Shown piece by piece: positions 35,533-44,621 of a stretch of DNA of 64,000 nt. The number at the start of each line of letters is the position of its first letter. Within the stretch, counting starts at the first letter, position 1. Both the position numbers and the translations under genes were made by a program. This stretch comes from a virus. The stretch lies in IMG/VR virus record IMGVR_UViG_3300025418_000011; one strand, written 5' to 3'. The notes below the pieces were generated by a model. That model made no database searches and was not told the origin of the DNA. It worked only from the letters and a program-made list of their open reading frames with translations.

Positions 35533-38226
35533 GTGAACGAAAATAAAGTAGAAGTAAAACCAAGAGGAGGCCCTGGAGCAAAATACATGATTGTATTTTC
35601 TCACCCATCAAAAGACGATTTACAGGTCGGTTACTTCGGTAGGGCGGGAGGTTCAGCTAACGAAGTAATAGATGCCATAGAAATAGCGGAAATACCTATA
35701 GAAGAATGCTACTTCACGGCTATGGTGAGAAACGGAATAGGTAGCAAACCCAAACCCCCGGCAGAAGACATTGAGTTTTGGAGTGAAAAGTTAGACAAGG
35801 AAATAGAAGAGATAAAGCCAAAGATTATCATTAGCCTGGGTGCGGAGGTATTCAAGAGAATGATGAAGACCAACATGAAGATGGGAGACTATGTTGGTGA
35901 GATCATAGATTCTCCTTATGGTAAGCTACTTGCAAATTATTCCGCAGGTATGGTTACTGTGCAGGATCCTACAAAAAGACCTGAATTCCAGGATATCTTC
36001 ATGCTGGCTAAGAAGGCTGTGGATAACAACCTCCAATATGATAAATACACATATAAGATAGTTAATTCTCCTGAGGAGAACATAACTATTCTTAATGATT
36101 ATATATCCAGGGGAATGTTCTCTATAGGTTATGACGCTGAGTGGTACGGAAGTAAATTCACGGATGATGAGGTGATGTATGAGTTTCAGTACTCGTGTGA
36201 GAAAGATGTTGCTGTGGTTCTTAACATAGCCCCTGACGGCGAACACGAGAATCTTGAGCTACTGAACACCATGAAGCTCATTCTAGAGCATCCTAAAGCG
36301 GATAGATTGGGCTGGAACATCAGGGCTGACGATTTACGACTAACACATAGAGGTTTCAAACTAGCAGACGAGACAATGGGCTTTGACGGAATGAAGGCTG
36401 TGGCTTTCTATGATTCCAGATTATCCAAGGGGTTGGATACCGGCATTAAGAAGTTTACAAACTACACTCCTTACTATGTGCCATTCTACAGGAAAATGCG
36501 TGAGCATAAGTTACCCAAGAATGCGCTGGCCAAGATGAAGTTTTTCGAGCCTGAAGTGTACTATGACTATTGCGCTGGTGACGCTGTTTCTCACAGAGAG
36601 GCATGCCTGAACATGCGGGGTAATTTCCCTAAGCACTTATGGCGTTACTACAGCGAGGTTTATCTTCCTCTCACAAACTACTTCCTGGATATGGAAAGCA
36701 CAGGCATTCCCATAGACATGAAAGTTTTAAGAGAGATTACGGATAAATATGTTGAAAAGTATGAGAGCCTCAGAACCGAGATGGATGAATTCATGGAGAA
36801 AAACTTTGGTATAAAAGGATTTAATCCAAACTCTTCTCTACAGAAGAAGGATTTCATGTTTAACATACTAAAGCTTACTCCGGCATATTATACAAAGGCA
36901 GGCAAATCACCCAAGCCCAGAGTATGGTATGAGAAGCAGTCACCTCAGACTCAAAGATTATTCTCTCCATCAACTAATGGTAAATCCTTGTCCACTATCA
37001 AGTTCGAGCTTGAGGAGGATATGGAAGAGAATGACTCAGAAGAACTGAAACTGAAGCACAGGGCAGTAGAGCTATTGTTGAATATTTCTAGGATAGGTGT
37101 ATTCGCTACAAAGTTCTTATCCAAGAAAGGCGTTACGTTAGACGAAGCTGAGCAGTTGGATGGAGAAGAAGCTGATGAAGACGAACCACTTAAACAGAGT
37201 TATTGGGCAGCTATTGCTGGTGATGGAAAAATCCATGCTAGCTTCTTCGAGCTACTAAAAAACTTCAGATCTTCTAGCTCACCTAATGTGCAGAATCCTG
37301 CTTCAAAGGTGTTGGCGCACATTCCAAATATCTTCGTACCAGGATATTCATTAATGCCCACAGAAGAGCAGAAGAAACATAGCGATAAATTACCGGCGAA
37401 TATAAGAAACATATTTTATTCAGGTGATCCAGATTATCATTGGGTAGAGCTAGACATTGCTGGTGCAGACTTGGCGATTATGGCTTTCCTCAGTGGAGAT
37501 CCTAAATTCATAAGCGACATCAGGGCAGGTAATTTCCATCAAACAAAAATGAGGGAATACTTCCAAGATCCTGAACTATCAAAGAAAGATGTTTCTAAAT
37601 ACGTTATATCCAAGAGTATTACATTCCGGGTTTCATACACAGCAGGATTGGATTATGCGGCTATACCTATTCAAGCTGAAATCTATGCAGAAAACGGATT
37701 GAGGGTTCCGCTAGAACTGATCCAATATGCTTTGGATACCTGGAAGAGATATGACACATACATGGCTTATAGAGAAGCCTGTAATGCAGAGGTTAATGCA
37801 CATGAAAGAATATCTAACGCAAGAGGCATGCAGTTATCCTATGAAAAAACAGATAACTTTGGTATAAAAGCAGGATGGTTGAATGAGAGTTTGGCTTTTC
37901 CTGTGGCTTCTGAGTTAGCTTTGTTTATGTGGGAAGCCTCTGTGAATGTGCGTAAAATATTGAAAGACGAAGGTTTATGGATGAAATATATTTATCCAGT
38001 AAACGTAGTTCATGATGCTAATTACTGGGTAGCTCACAAGGATCTCATGAATGGTAACTACCTGCCAGAGATTCTTAGATATGTTTTCTGTGATTATACA
38101 AAAATTGCCACAGGAGATAATCTTGGTTGCGAGCTAGTGGTTAGCGACAGATGGAAAGGTAAGAAAATATTCGAAAAAGAAACTGTTTGGAATAAATCCA
38201 AGCAAACCTGGGAATGGGCTAACTAA
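35533..38226 (+). CDS. polA: Family A DNA polymerase with N-terminal UDG-like domain and 3'-5' exonuclease
   Basis: UDG-fold EIEEIKPKIIISLGAEV; exonuclease YDAE / YCAGDA; R.SSSSPNVQN; motif A ELDIAGADL, motif B SKSITFRVSY, motif C VVHDA. Confidence 0.88.
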   Translation: MNENKVEVKPRGGPGAKYMIVFSHPSKDDLQVGYFGRAGGSANEVIDAIEIAEIPIEECYFTAMVRNGIGSKPKPPAEDIEFWSEKLDKEIEEIKPKIIISLGAEVFKRMMKTNMKMGDYVGEIIDSPYGKLLANYSAGMVTVQDPTKRPEFQDIFMLAKKAVDNNLQYDKYTYKIVNSPEENITILNDYISRGMFSIGYDAEWYGSKFTDDEVMYEFQYSCEKDVAVVLNIAPDGEHENLELLNTMKLILEHPKADRLGWNIRADDLRLTHRGFKLADETMGFDGMKAVAFYDSRLSKGLDTGIKKFTNYTPYYVPFYRKMREHKLPKNALAKMKFFEPEVYYDYCAGDAVSHREACLNMRGNFPKHLWRYYSEVYLPLTNYFLDMESTGIPIDMKVLREITDKYVEKYESLRTEMDEFMEKNFGIKGFNPNSSLQKKDFMFNILKLTPAYYTKAGKSPKPRVWYEKQSPQTQRLFSPSTNGKSLSTIKFELEEDMEENDSEELKLKHRAVELLLNISRIGVFATKFLSKKGVTLDEAEQLDGEEADEDEPLKQSYWAAIAGDGKIHASFFELLKNFRSSSSPNVQNPASKVLAHIPNIFVPGYSLMPTEEQKKHSDKLPANIRNIFYSGDPDYHWVELDIAGADLAIMAFLSGDPKFISDIRAGNFHQTKMREYFQDPELSKKDVSKYVISKSITFRVSYTAGLDYAAIPIQAEIYAENGLRVPLELIQYALDTWKRYDTYMAYREACNAEVNAHERISNARGMQLSYEKTDNFGIKAGWLNESLAFPVASELALFMWEASVNVRKILKDEGLWMKYIYPVNVVHDANYWVAHKDLMNGNYLPEILRYVFCDYTKIATGDNLGCELVVSDRWKGKKIFEKETVWNKSKQTWEWAN

Positions 38227-38227
38227 T

Positions 38228-38428
38228 ATGACCATCAAGAAAAAAACAAAATTAGCAATTAGTAAAACTGAAGAATGCCCGTGCTGTGGAAGTGAAGACT
38301 TCTCTAGCTGGACGTGTAGGAATACAGCCGGAGATACCTGTGTAGTAACAATGTGCAACAGGTGCAGCTACGAGGTATCAGACACAGTGAAAGAAAAACA
38401 AGAAGCAGAAGAACACATTCAATTTTAA
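38228..38428 (+). CDS. Small zinc-ribbon protein
   Basis: CPCC...C...CNRC. Confidence 0.65.
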   Translation: MTIKKKTKLAISKTEECPCCGSEDFSSWTCRNTAGDTCVVTMCNRCSYEVSDTVKEKQEAEEHIQF

Positions 38429-39162
38429 TGGCTAAAAGCTTACTAAGTTTAAAGTTATCAGAAAACAGGAAAACAAGATTCTTTAAAGAGCATAAGAATA
38501 CTTTTGGGTTAAAAACAGGAGAGATTAATGAAGGTGGTACCTGTCCAGGAGCGACCAAGGGTAAAGAGGGTTGCTTGGATGTTTGTTATGCCTGCACCAC
38601 AAGCAGGATATACAAAAACTACAAGAAGACAGAAGATTACAATACTTTCATGTTACTCAACGCAGATTACTCACTAAAGGTTGAAATCCTTAGAAATACA
38701 TTGTTGAAGTTTCTTCTTAACGGAGGATTCATGAAGCAGTATTTCCGCCTACACATGGGTGGGGATTTCTTCAATGAGGAATATGCAAGAGCTTGGGCCC
38801 ATGTTATGGAGGAATGGCCGCTAGTAAGATTCTGGGGATATACCAGATCCTTATTTGCAATACCTATCCTGGCTGAGGTAAAAAACATGTCTATCTATAT
38901 TAGCTGTGACCCAGTTAACATAGATGCTGTGTTAGAGGCATATGAGCCGTATAGAAATTATCCTAATGTGGCTATTGCCTGGATGGGAGATAACTTCCCC
39001 GAGGACAAAATAAATGACAGAAAATTCCTAACATGCCCCGCTGTAGCAAAGCAGTTAAAGAGTACAAAAGACTATGGTGCCTGTAGCAGATGCAGGGCCT
39101 GTATAGATAGAACTCTTAAAACAGGAGAATTGAGACACATACAATTTCCTATCCACAGATAG
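38428..39162 (+). CDS. GP88-like protein
   Basis: TCPGAT...C...CYA, FRLHMGGDFF...Y..AW, FWGYTRS, C-terminal CP...C..CRAC. Confidence 0.75.
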   Translation: MAKSLLSLKLSENRKTRFFKEHKNTFGLKTGEINEGGTCPGATKGKEGCLDVCYACTTSRIYKNYKKTEDYNTFMLLNADYSLKVEILRNTLLKFLLNGGFMKQYFRLHMGGDFFNEEYARAWAHVMEEWPLVRFWGYTRSLFAIPILAEVKNMSIYISCDPVNIDAVLEAYEPYRNYPNVAIAWMGDNFPEDKINDRKFLTCPAVAKQLKSTKDYGACSRCRACIDRTLKTGELRHIQFPIHR

Positions 39163-39217
39163 GAATAAACAAAAACAAAGCCTATCCATAGTGACCAGGC
39201 GCAACAAAACACACAAA

Positions 39218-39961
39218 ATGAAACTGAAGATAAACACCGCAAACATGCGTACTGTAGAAGTTAATGGGCAAAAAGCCTATTGCGTTAGTGACTTGATCGA
39301 CTGTGCCGGAATGACTCCCGTGAATACGTTCAAGAAAGACGGGGCGGTATTCATGTCCCGCGTTACTGTGGGAGGAGTTACCCGTAATCGTCAACTTGTT
39401 AATGTTAATGACGTGGATACATACAACCTACTCTGTGACCAAACAGCTGTAAAGACTGTGGAGGTAACACAGCAGAACATCACTGGAGGAACTTCCGTGA
39501 AGGTTGTTAATACTAACGATCAAATCGCTGAGGAAATCCCGACTGATGTAATGCAGGATATTACTGCAGCTCGAGCACTACCCACTCCTCCTAAGCTCAG
39601 CCTGGAAGAGGTGCGTAATCATATCTCGTCACCAGAAGAAACCGCCAAGCGGAATCTCAAGAGTGAGATCAACAAGCTTGTGCATAAGGAGGCAATGAGG
39701 CAAATGAATGCCAAGCAGATCACTCCCAAGCAGGAAGAGGAGAATGATCGGTACGAGCATCGCACAGCCTACAAAGCATTGTACGCTCAGTTTGATCGTA
39801 TTATGCGTATCGAATTAGGTAAGCAGGGATATACCTTAGAGGAATGTGGACTAGGAAAAGCAAAAAACTATTCCGGTACTACATACATTGATCGTATCAC
39901 GAATGCTGGCTACTTGGAGAACCTGCACATCGTGGCTCAAGCAATGTTTGAGCAGAAGTAA
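39218..39961 (+). CDS. Bro-N/antirepressor-like DNA-binding protein
   Basis: MRTVEVNGQKAYCVSDL resembles Bro-N; helical C-terminal domain. Confidence 0.5.
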   Translation: MKLKINTANMRTVEVNGQKAYCVSDLIDCAGMTPVNTFKKDGAVFMSRVTVGGVTRNRQLVNVNDVDTYNLLCDQTAVKTVEVTQQNITGGTSVKVVNTNDQIAEEIPTDVMQDITAARALPTPPKLSLEEVRNHISSPEETAKRNLKSEINKLVHKEAMRQMNAKQITPKQEEENDRYEHRTAYKALYAQFDRIMRIELGKQGYTLEECGLGKAKNYSGTTYIDRITNAGYLENLHIVAQAMFEQK

Positions 39962-40220
39962 AGTGGATATTGATATCCATAAAATTGTAAGCGAGGTAAA
40001 GCCCTTTTTGTCAGGCGAGGCCAAATCAATAGAGGATGCTATAGAGTACCTTAAGAGACTTTTGGCTCACTACGAAAGTCAGCTACATTCAGAGCAGTCA
40101 TTAACGGGTGGAGATAGTTCAGCCACCCTTCCAACAGCAGAAGCAGTTAACGGCACTGCAGGAGATACTCAGGCATTGAGTACATCCCAGCCGGAAAGTA
40201 AAACAACAAAAGGTGAATAA
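39888..40220 (+). CDS. Hypothetical protein (true start uncertain, likely near 39962)
   Basis: ORF fills the gap before the Ubl gene. Confidence 0.4.
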   Translation: MIVSRMLATWRTCTSWLKQCLSRSKVDIDIHKIVSEVKPFLSGEAKSIEDAIEYLKRLLAHYESQLHSEQSLTGGDSSATLPTAEAVNGTAGDTQALSTSQPESKTTKGE

Positions 40221-40274
40221 TCACCCCGCAGGTAAACAACAAAAACACAACAACCAACCCAAAAACACGCAGTT

Positions 40275-40541
40275 ATGAACAAGAAATTCGTCGTCAAGAT
40301 CTCCGACAACACGGGCCACACCGAGCTCGCAGACCAGACCATCGACCAGGCGGTTGATGCCATCACCTCCAAGGTTGCCTCTCATGCCCACTGGGTATGG
40401 GTTGATGGTCAGCTGTTTGAGTTCGACGGTAATGATGTTACCTCGGACAAGAACCGCGAGAAGCTCGCTACTCGCCTGGCTGCAGCAGAAGACACCAACA
40501 TCGTACTCTCTGGTACTCTGGTTGGTGGCGCCTCTCTGTAA
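40275..40541 (+). CDS. Ubiquitin-like (beta-grasp) protein with C-terminal GG-ASL
   Basis: Strand-strand-helix-strands-strand pattern (KFVVKISD-GHTEL-TIDQAVDAITS-WVWVDGQ-NIVLSGTLVGG); JAB and E1 genes 3 kb downstream. Confidence 0.7.
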   Translation: MNKKFVVKISDNTGHTELADQTIDQAVDAITSKVASHAHWVWVDGQLFEFDGNDVTSDKNREKLATRLAAAEDTNIVLSGTLVGGASL

Positions 40542-40555
40542 TTAGTCTGTTATAT

Positions 40556-40587
40556 TGTGGGGAAGAGGTCCGATCCCTCTCCCCACA
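40556..40587 (+). other. tRNA minihelix-like hairpin, copy 1
   Basis: 7-bp TGTGGGG/CCCCACA, A bulge, 5-bp AGAGG/CCTCT, 7-nt loop TCCGATC. Confidence 0.5.
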
Positions 40588-40614
40588 CATCAAAAATAAA
40601 CACACATACACAAA

Positions 40615-42687
40615 ATGGAAATATCACTTAAAAAATTTAATTCATTAGTAAATAACTTTAATAAAATAAAAAAATTCGCTTCCGGTGGTAGTGTGAGGTT
40701 CGATCATGACTGGCAGAAGATGAACCATGGTATTCAGTATCCTTATGACCCCGCAGTGCGACTGAAGATTAGTGATCTGAAATTTAAAACACTCCAAGCT
40801 GCATGGAGTTACTCAAAGATGAGCAAGATCCCTGTGCAGGGTCTTGACATAGCTCCATTGTCAAAATCAAGAACAACTCCAGGAAGCGCTGGTGAGAGAT
40901 TCTATTCAGACACCAGAGCAGATAAGGTAGACACCAAGGGAATTGTTAAGAAGCTCACAAAAACAAACGGCCAGGAACTGGCTAAAGCGTTTAAGAGCAT
41001 GCGTTTCATCCCGAAGGAAGTACCTGATAGTCTGTATCTTCCTTTTATTTTTCAAAATGCTCCATTAGAAGTAATGGAGGGTGTGCATACCTATAGGCTG
41101 GTATACACCAATACACCACATTCGTCCTCTGTTTTGATTATTGGTAGAGATGACGACGATATCTATGACTATCTCGACAAGGGATTTTTCATGATGGTGG
41201 TTAAAGAAGTCTCTAGTAATGGAAATGAAAAGCGGCATTTGGTAATCACGAACCAACTGGATGTACATACCATGCATGTATTCCTACTGGTTACTATGGA
41301 TGCAAAGCTTACCTCATTCCTCAAGGGAGGTTGCTTTATACACTCCAACGAGGCTCAAATGGTTAGGCTGAAGATGGAGAAACGTCTATCAGCAAGGCAT
41401 AAGGTAAAGTATGATGAGCTCAGGGCCTATATAGAGAAAGACTATCAAAACAATACCTCTTTGATTGTTATCAATAAGCTCATGACGGGAGAGATTGAGA
41501 AGACCAGTATCAACAATATCACTCTCACAAAAACTTCCGCCACATATGAGAATCTAAGTCTGGAAGCTCCTGATTTACTTGATGTTATATACAACAAGAT
41601 TAACTTCGGTGGAGAGTTCGATATATATTCTATAATAGAGGCATACTCAGAGAATACAAAAGAACAGGTGGATGAGAAAGAGGTGGCAGAGGGTACATAC
41701 GAGTTCCCAGAGATAAAGATCAATGGATTCGCCGTGAATATCTGCAAGACCCACACAGGTGTAAGAAAGATTAATGGTAAGAGGATAAATGCAGCAGAGG
41801 TAGGCAAGGTACTATACAGGGCGAGCTGTCATCACAGTCTTGCCGAGTATAATCTGTTTGTTGCCCGTATTAGCAAGATGAGCATCAGATGGCATGATGC
41901 TATCGCTAATGGTCTGCCTGTTAAAATGCACAGCGTTATTACCAGAGAGGAGTATAACTCCGAAGAGCCCAGCTCCACAGCCCCGGCAGTTAAATTCTGG
42001 ATTGATCCAGCTGCCCGCTGTATCAAGATCAGGGTAGAAGGAGATGACGGAGGCAAGGTAAGCCTCGGAAGACTCATCACCAAGATAGACACGATCAACA
42101 AGAAAACCAATGACCGTTGGTCTAACAAGGCAGGTAAATCCCGTAGCTGGCGCTGGGCTCGTGAAGAGCTTGCAAAAGCTATCAAAGATTGCTGTACACA
42201 TACCACAGTAACCAAGAACGAGGACGGTACTACCAATACAATAACCACAACTTCTGTAACAGGAGAAGACATCAAGAAGATTATCGATGTTGCGGACGAA
42301 GCCAAGAAAAAGGCCATAGAACGCAGTAAAGAGTTCTTGAACAGTGCGGTTAAAGTCACAGGAGCAGAGCAGATTGAGTTCCTGGGTAAGAAAGCGTTCA
42401 AGGTTCAGGGCAGTCTGAGAACATATGCAATCGTTGTGGAAAATGCCAAGGTTTATGACTTCGATACAAAGCAGTATCGTTGCATTGTGAACGACGGGCA
42501 TTTCCGTGGTGTTGGCTATGATGATATCGCAGCCAGACTGTATGTTCTTAAGAATGACTCTGTTATGCAGAAAAAGATCGGAACACTGCAAGGAGGAGCA
42601 CAGCCTCAATATGAGAATGTGCATAACGACTACCAACCAGAAAGAGATGTAACAGAAGAAATTATTGAGAAACTAGACTTGGCTTAA
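40615..42687 (+). CDS. Large hypothetical protein next to Ubl (candidate conjugation partner)
   Basis: 690 aa, no family recognised; C-terminal YRCIVND...D.IAARLYVLKND domain. Confidence 0.75.
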   Translation: MEISLKKFNSLVNNFNKIKKFASGGSVRFDHDWQKMNHGIQYPYDPAVRLKISDLKFKTLQAAWSYSKMSKIPVQGLDIAPLSKSRTTPGSAGERFYSDTRADKVDTKGIVKKLTKTNGQELAKAFKSMRFIPKEVPDSLYLPFIFQNAPLEVMEGVHTYRLVYTNTPHSSSVLIIGRDDDDIYDYLDKGFFMMVVKEVSSNGNEKRHLVITNQLDVHTMHVFLLVTMDAKLTSFLKGGCFIHSNEAQMVRLKMEKRLSARHKVKYDELRAYIEKDYQNNTSLIVINKLMTGEIEKTSINNITLTKTSATYENLSLEAPDLLDVIYNKINFGGEFDIYSIIEAYSENTKEQVDEKEVAEGTYEFPEIKINGFAVNICKTHTGVRKINGKRINAAEVGKVLYRASCHHSLAEYNLFVARISKMSIRWHDAIANGLPVKMHSVITREEYNSEEPSSTAPAVKFWIDPAARCIKIRVEGDDGGKVSLGRLITKIDTINKKTNDRWSNKAGKSRSWRWAREELAKAIKDCCTHTTVTKNEDGTTNTITTTSVTGEDIKKIIDVADEAKKKAIERSKEFLNSAVKVTGAEQIEFLGKKAFKVQGSLRTYAIVVENAKVYDFDTKQYRCIVNDGHFRGVGYDDIAARLYVLKNDSVMQKKIGTLQGGAQPQYENVHNDYQPERDVTEEIIEKLDLA

Positions 42688-42700
42688 AAATCAAACTCCA

Positions 42701-42877
42701 ATGAAACGCGTTCCAAAAAATAAAAAAGTAAAGGCGCAAATAAAGATTGGTAATACCCATAGCAGGGAATTGATGGTTAGTAAGCTACTCAGTGTATTCA
42801 ATAGAATCACAAATAATAGAATGTATGCGGAGTGTAAGAAAACAAACTTCGCGGATATAGACTATTACGGAAGATAA
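42701..42877 (+). CDS. Small basic protein (58 aa)
   Basis: Manual translation MKRVPKNKKVKAQIKIG...DYYGR*. Confidence 0.45.
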   Translation: MKRVPKNKKVKAQIKIGNTHSRELMVSKLLSVFNRITNNRMYAECKKTNFADIDYYGR

Positions 42878-42887
42878 AAGTAACCCA

Positions 42888-42912
42888 GGGGTGGGTGGTT
42901 ATCACCCACCCC
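42888..42912 (+). promoter_or_regulatory. GC-rich intergenic hairpin
   Basis: 10-bp GGGGTGGGTG/CACCCACCCC, weak U-tract, 14 nt before ATG 42927. Confidence 0.4.
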
Positions 42913-42926
42913 GCAACTTTAATAAT

Positions 42927-43586
42927 ATGATCAAGAAATACGTAATCGATATAGAGACAGAACCACTTGAAAAAGAAGAGCTTGCTCCGTTTGTTCCGGA
43001 GTTCAAGGCAGATAGCCGACTAAAGGATCCTGTTAAAATCGCAGAAGATCTTAAGTCCAAGGAAGTTAACTTCTACGAGAAGTCCACCTTGTCTGCACTA
43101 ACATCTAAAGTATGTGCATTAGGCATCTGGGAAATTGGTAAAGAAGAGCCTGAACTGTATTGCGCTATGGCAGAAGAAAAGCTGATTAATATTTTCAGCG
43201 ATCTTCTCACATTCAGCACAGACGCTAATGGTGCTTCTGGAAGAGCCTACGAGATAATCACATTTAACGGAAACAATTTTGATATTCCGTTTCTTTGCCG
43301 CAGAGGTCTGAAGTATGGTAATAACATGTTCACCAAGTTCTTCAGAACAGATGGTGGCATTGGTTATGATTCCGGCCTTGTGGATCTAGCGGTTATGTGG
43401 GATTGTCGGCGCAAGGATTACACCAGCCTGAAAGAGTTGGCGTTACACCTTGGTGTGGGCGACAAACCAAAAGATGACAAGCTATTCTATCAGAAGTACT
43501 CAGAAAACCCAGAGGCCGCAAAAGATTATCTAAAGAATGATCTGATCCTCACCAAGAAGATTGCGGAAAAGTGGGGCCTGGTATAA
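42927..43586 (+). CDS. DEDD 3'-5' exonuclease (PolB exonuclease-like)
   Basis: VIDIET, TFNG..FDIPFL, Y..ND motifs. Confidence 0.85.
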   Translation: MIKKYVIDIETEPLEKEELAPFVPEFKADSRLKDPVKIAEDLKSKEVNFYEKSTLSALTSKVCALGIWEIGKEEPELYCAMAEEKLINIFSDLLTFSTDANGASGRAYEIITFNGNNFDIPFLCRRGLKYGNNMFTKFFRTDGGIGYDSGLVDLAVMWDCRRKDYTSLKELALHLGVGDKPKDDKLFYQKYSENPEAAKDYLKNDLILTKKIAEKWGLV

Positions 43587-44032
43587 TGGGCATTATAAAA
43601 GAAATAAATAAAAAGTTATCCAGAGTTATTACGGGGGCAGCGATAAGCTGCCCCCTAGATAACGAGGAAGAGGGGGGAATAATACTCACCAAGAACGAAA
43701 TTGATTTTGTTTTTGTTAAAGTAAAAAATCTCCATGCCGGTGAAGAAGTAGCCTATGGTCTTTATGTCACAGATCCTAAAGACTTTGGCGAGAAAGTTAT
43801 ATCTATGATAGGTAAGGGTTGGAATATGTATGCAAGCTTTCATACACATCCTCAATTCGCACCTACTCCTAGTCAGCTTGATTACGATAAATTATTCCAA
43901 GGATTCAAATATAATTACATATATTCTAAAAAACACAGAGCCTTTTCATTCTCTGAATGGTCACCACAAAAAGACCTTCATACATTTGTAATGGGTCTGG
44001 AAACACTACTACACATAACAAACAATGAATAA
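43586..44032 (+). CDS. JAB/JAMM (MPN+) metallo-isopeptidase
   Basis: EEGG...FHTHPQFAPTPSQLD, the canonical E-x(n)-H-x-H-x7-S-x2-D; TAATG coupled start. Confidence 0.88.
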   Translation: MGIIKEINKKLSRVITGAAISCPLDNEEEGGIILTKNEIDFVFVKVKNLHAGEEVAYGLYVTDPKDFGEKVISMIGKGWNMYASFHTHPQFAPTPSQLDYDKLFQGFKYNYIYSKKHRAFSFSEWSPQKDLHTFVMGLETLLHITNNE

Positions 44033-44621
44033 AATAAAGAAAATCGGAATTGCAGGTGCTGGCGGTATTGGTTCTAACTTATTGGCTATACTATTCGACT
44101 ATGGATTTAATCGTAAGCAGTTCGATTACTCCAGTGTGGATGTTGATATCTATGACGACGACACTGTGGATACCAGCAATCTTCTTCACCAAAACTACAA
44201 GATTGATGACGTTGGTCGCCCTAAAGTAAAAGTGCTAGAGGACAAATATGTGGTGAACGGCATTAATAAGTTCATGGATGAAAAGGACTTCAAGAAATAT
44301 GATGTAATCTTCAGCTGCGTGGACAGTATGCAGTTCCGTAAAACCCTGTATACCTGGGGGTTTGAAAACAAGGACAAGGCTTTCTGGATAGATGGTCGTT
44401 GCACCAGCCGTCAAGGTGCTTTGTTTAATTCCAAGCTTCCAGAGGACGAGCTGAAGAAGTATATCAATGACGAGGAGATCCGGGGAGGTTGCTTGCTAAA
44501 GCACGAGAAAGAGTCAAACATCAGTCATACTCTTCCTACTGTTGTGGCAGGCATGATGGTTCAAACGTTCCTTAATTTCATAAGAGGAGAACGAACAGAC
44601 AAGAAGCTGTTCATGATCTGA
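44025..44621 (+). CDS. E1-like ThiF/MoeB adenylyltransferase
   Basis: GAGGIGS, DDDTVDTSNLLHQ, VGRPKV, SCVDS..R, WIDGR; candidate catalytic Cys in GGC. Confidence 0.9.
   Translation: MNKIKKIGIAGAGGIGSNLLAILFDYGFNRKQFDYSSVDVDIYDDDTVDTSNLLHQNYKIDDVGRPKVKVLEDKYVVNGINKFMDEKDFKKYDVIFSCVDSMQFRKTLYTWGFENKDKAFWIDGRCTSRQGALFNSKLPEDELKKYINDEEIRGGCLLKHEKESNISHTLPTVVAGMMVQTFLNFIRGERTDKKLFMI

Noticed and set aside
41812-42636. Long minus-strand ORFs (274 and 189 aa)
   Set aside because: Antisense to the 690-aa gene; no independent start context or motif.
43579-43587. TGGTATAAT as a promoter for the JAB-E1 pair
   Set aside because: It overlaps the stop/start junction, so transcription would begin inside the JAB gene; probably coincidental.
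40275-44621. Plain ThiS/ThiF or MoaD/MoeB cofactor biosynthesis, and a canonical E2
   Set aside because: No thiG, thiC, moaA, moaE or cysteine synthase in the window, so a conjugation role is preferred but sulfur transfer is not excluded; no protein with an E2 HPN...C motif was found.
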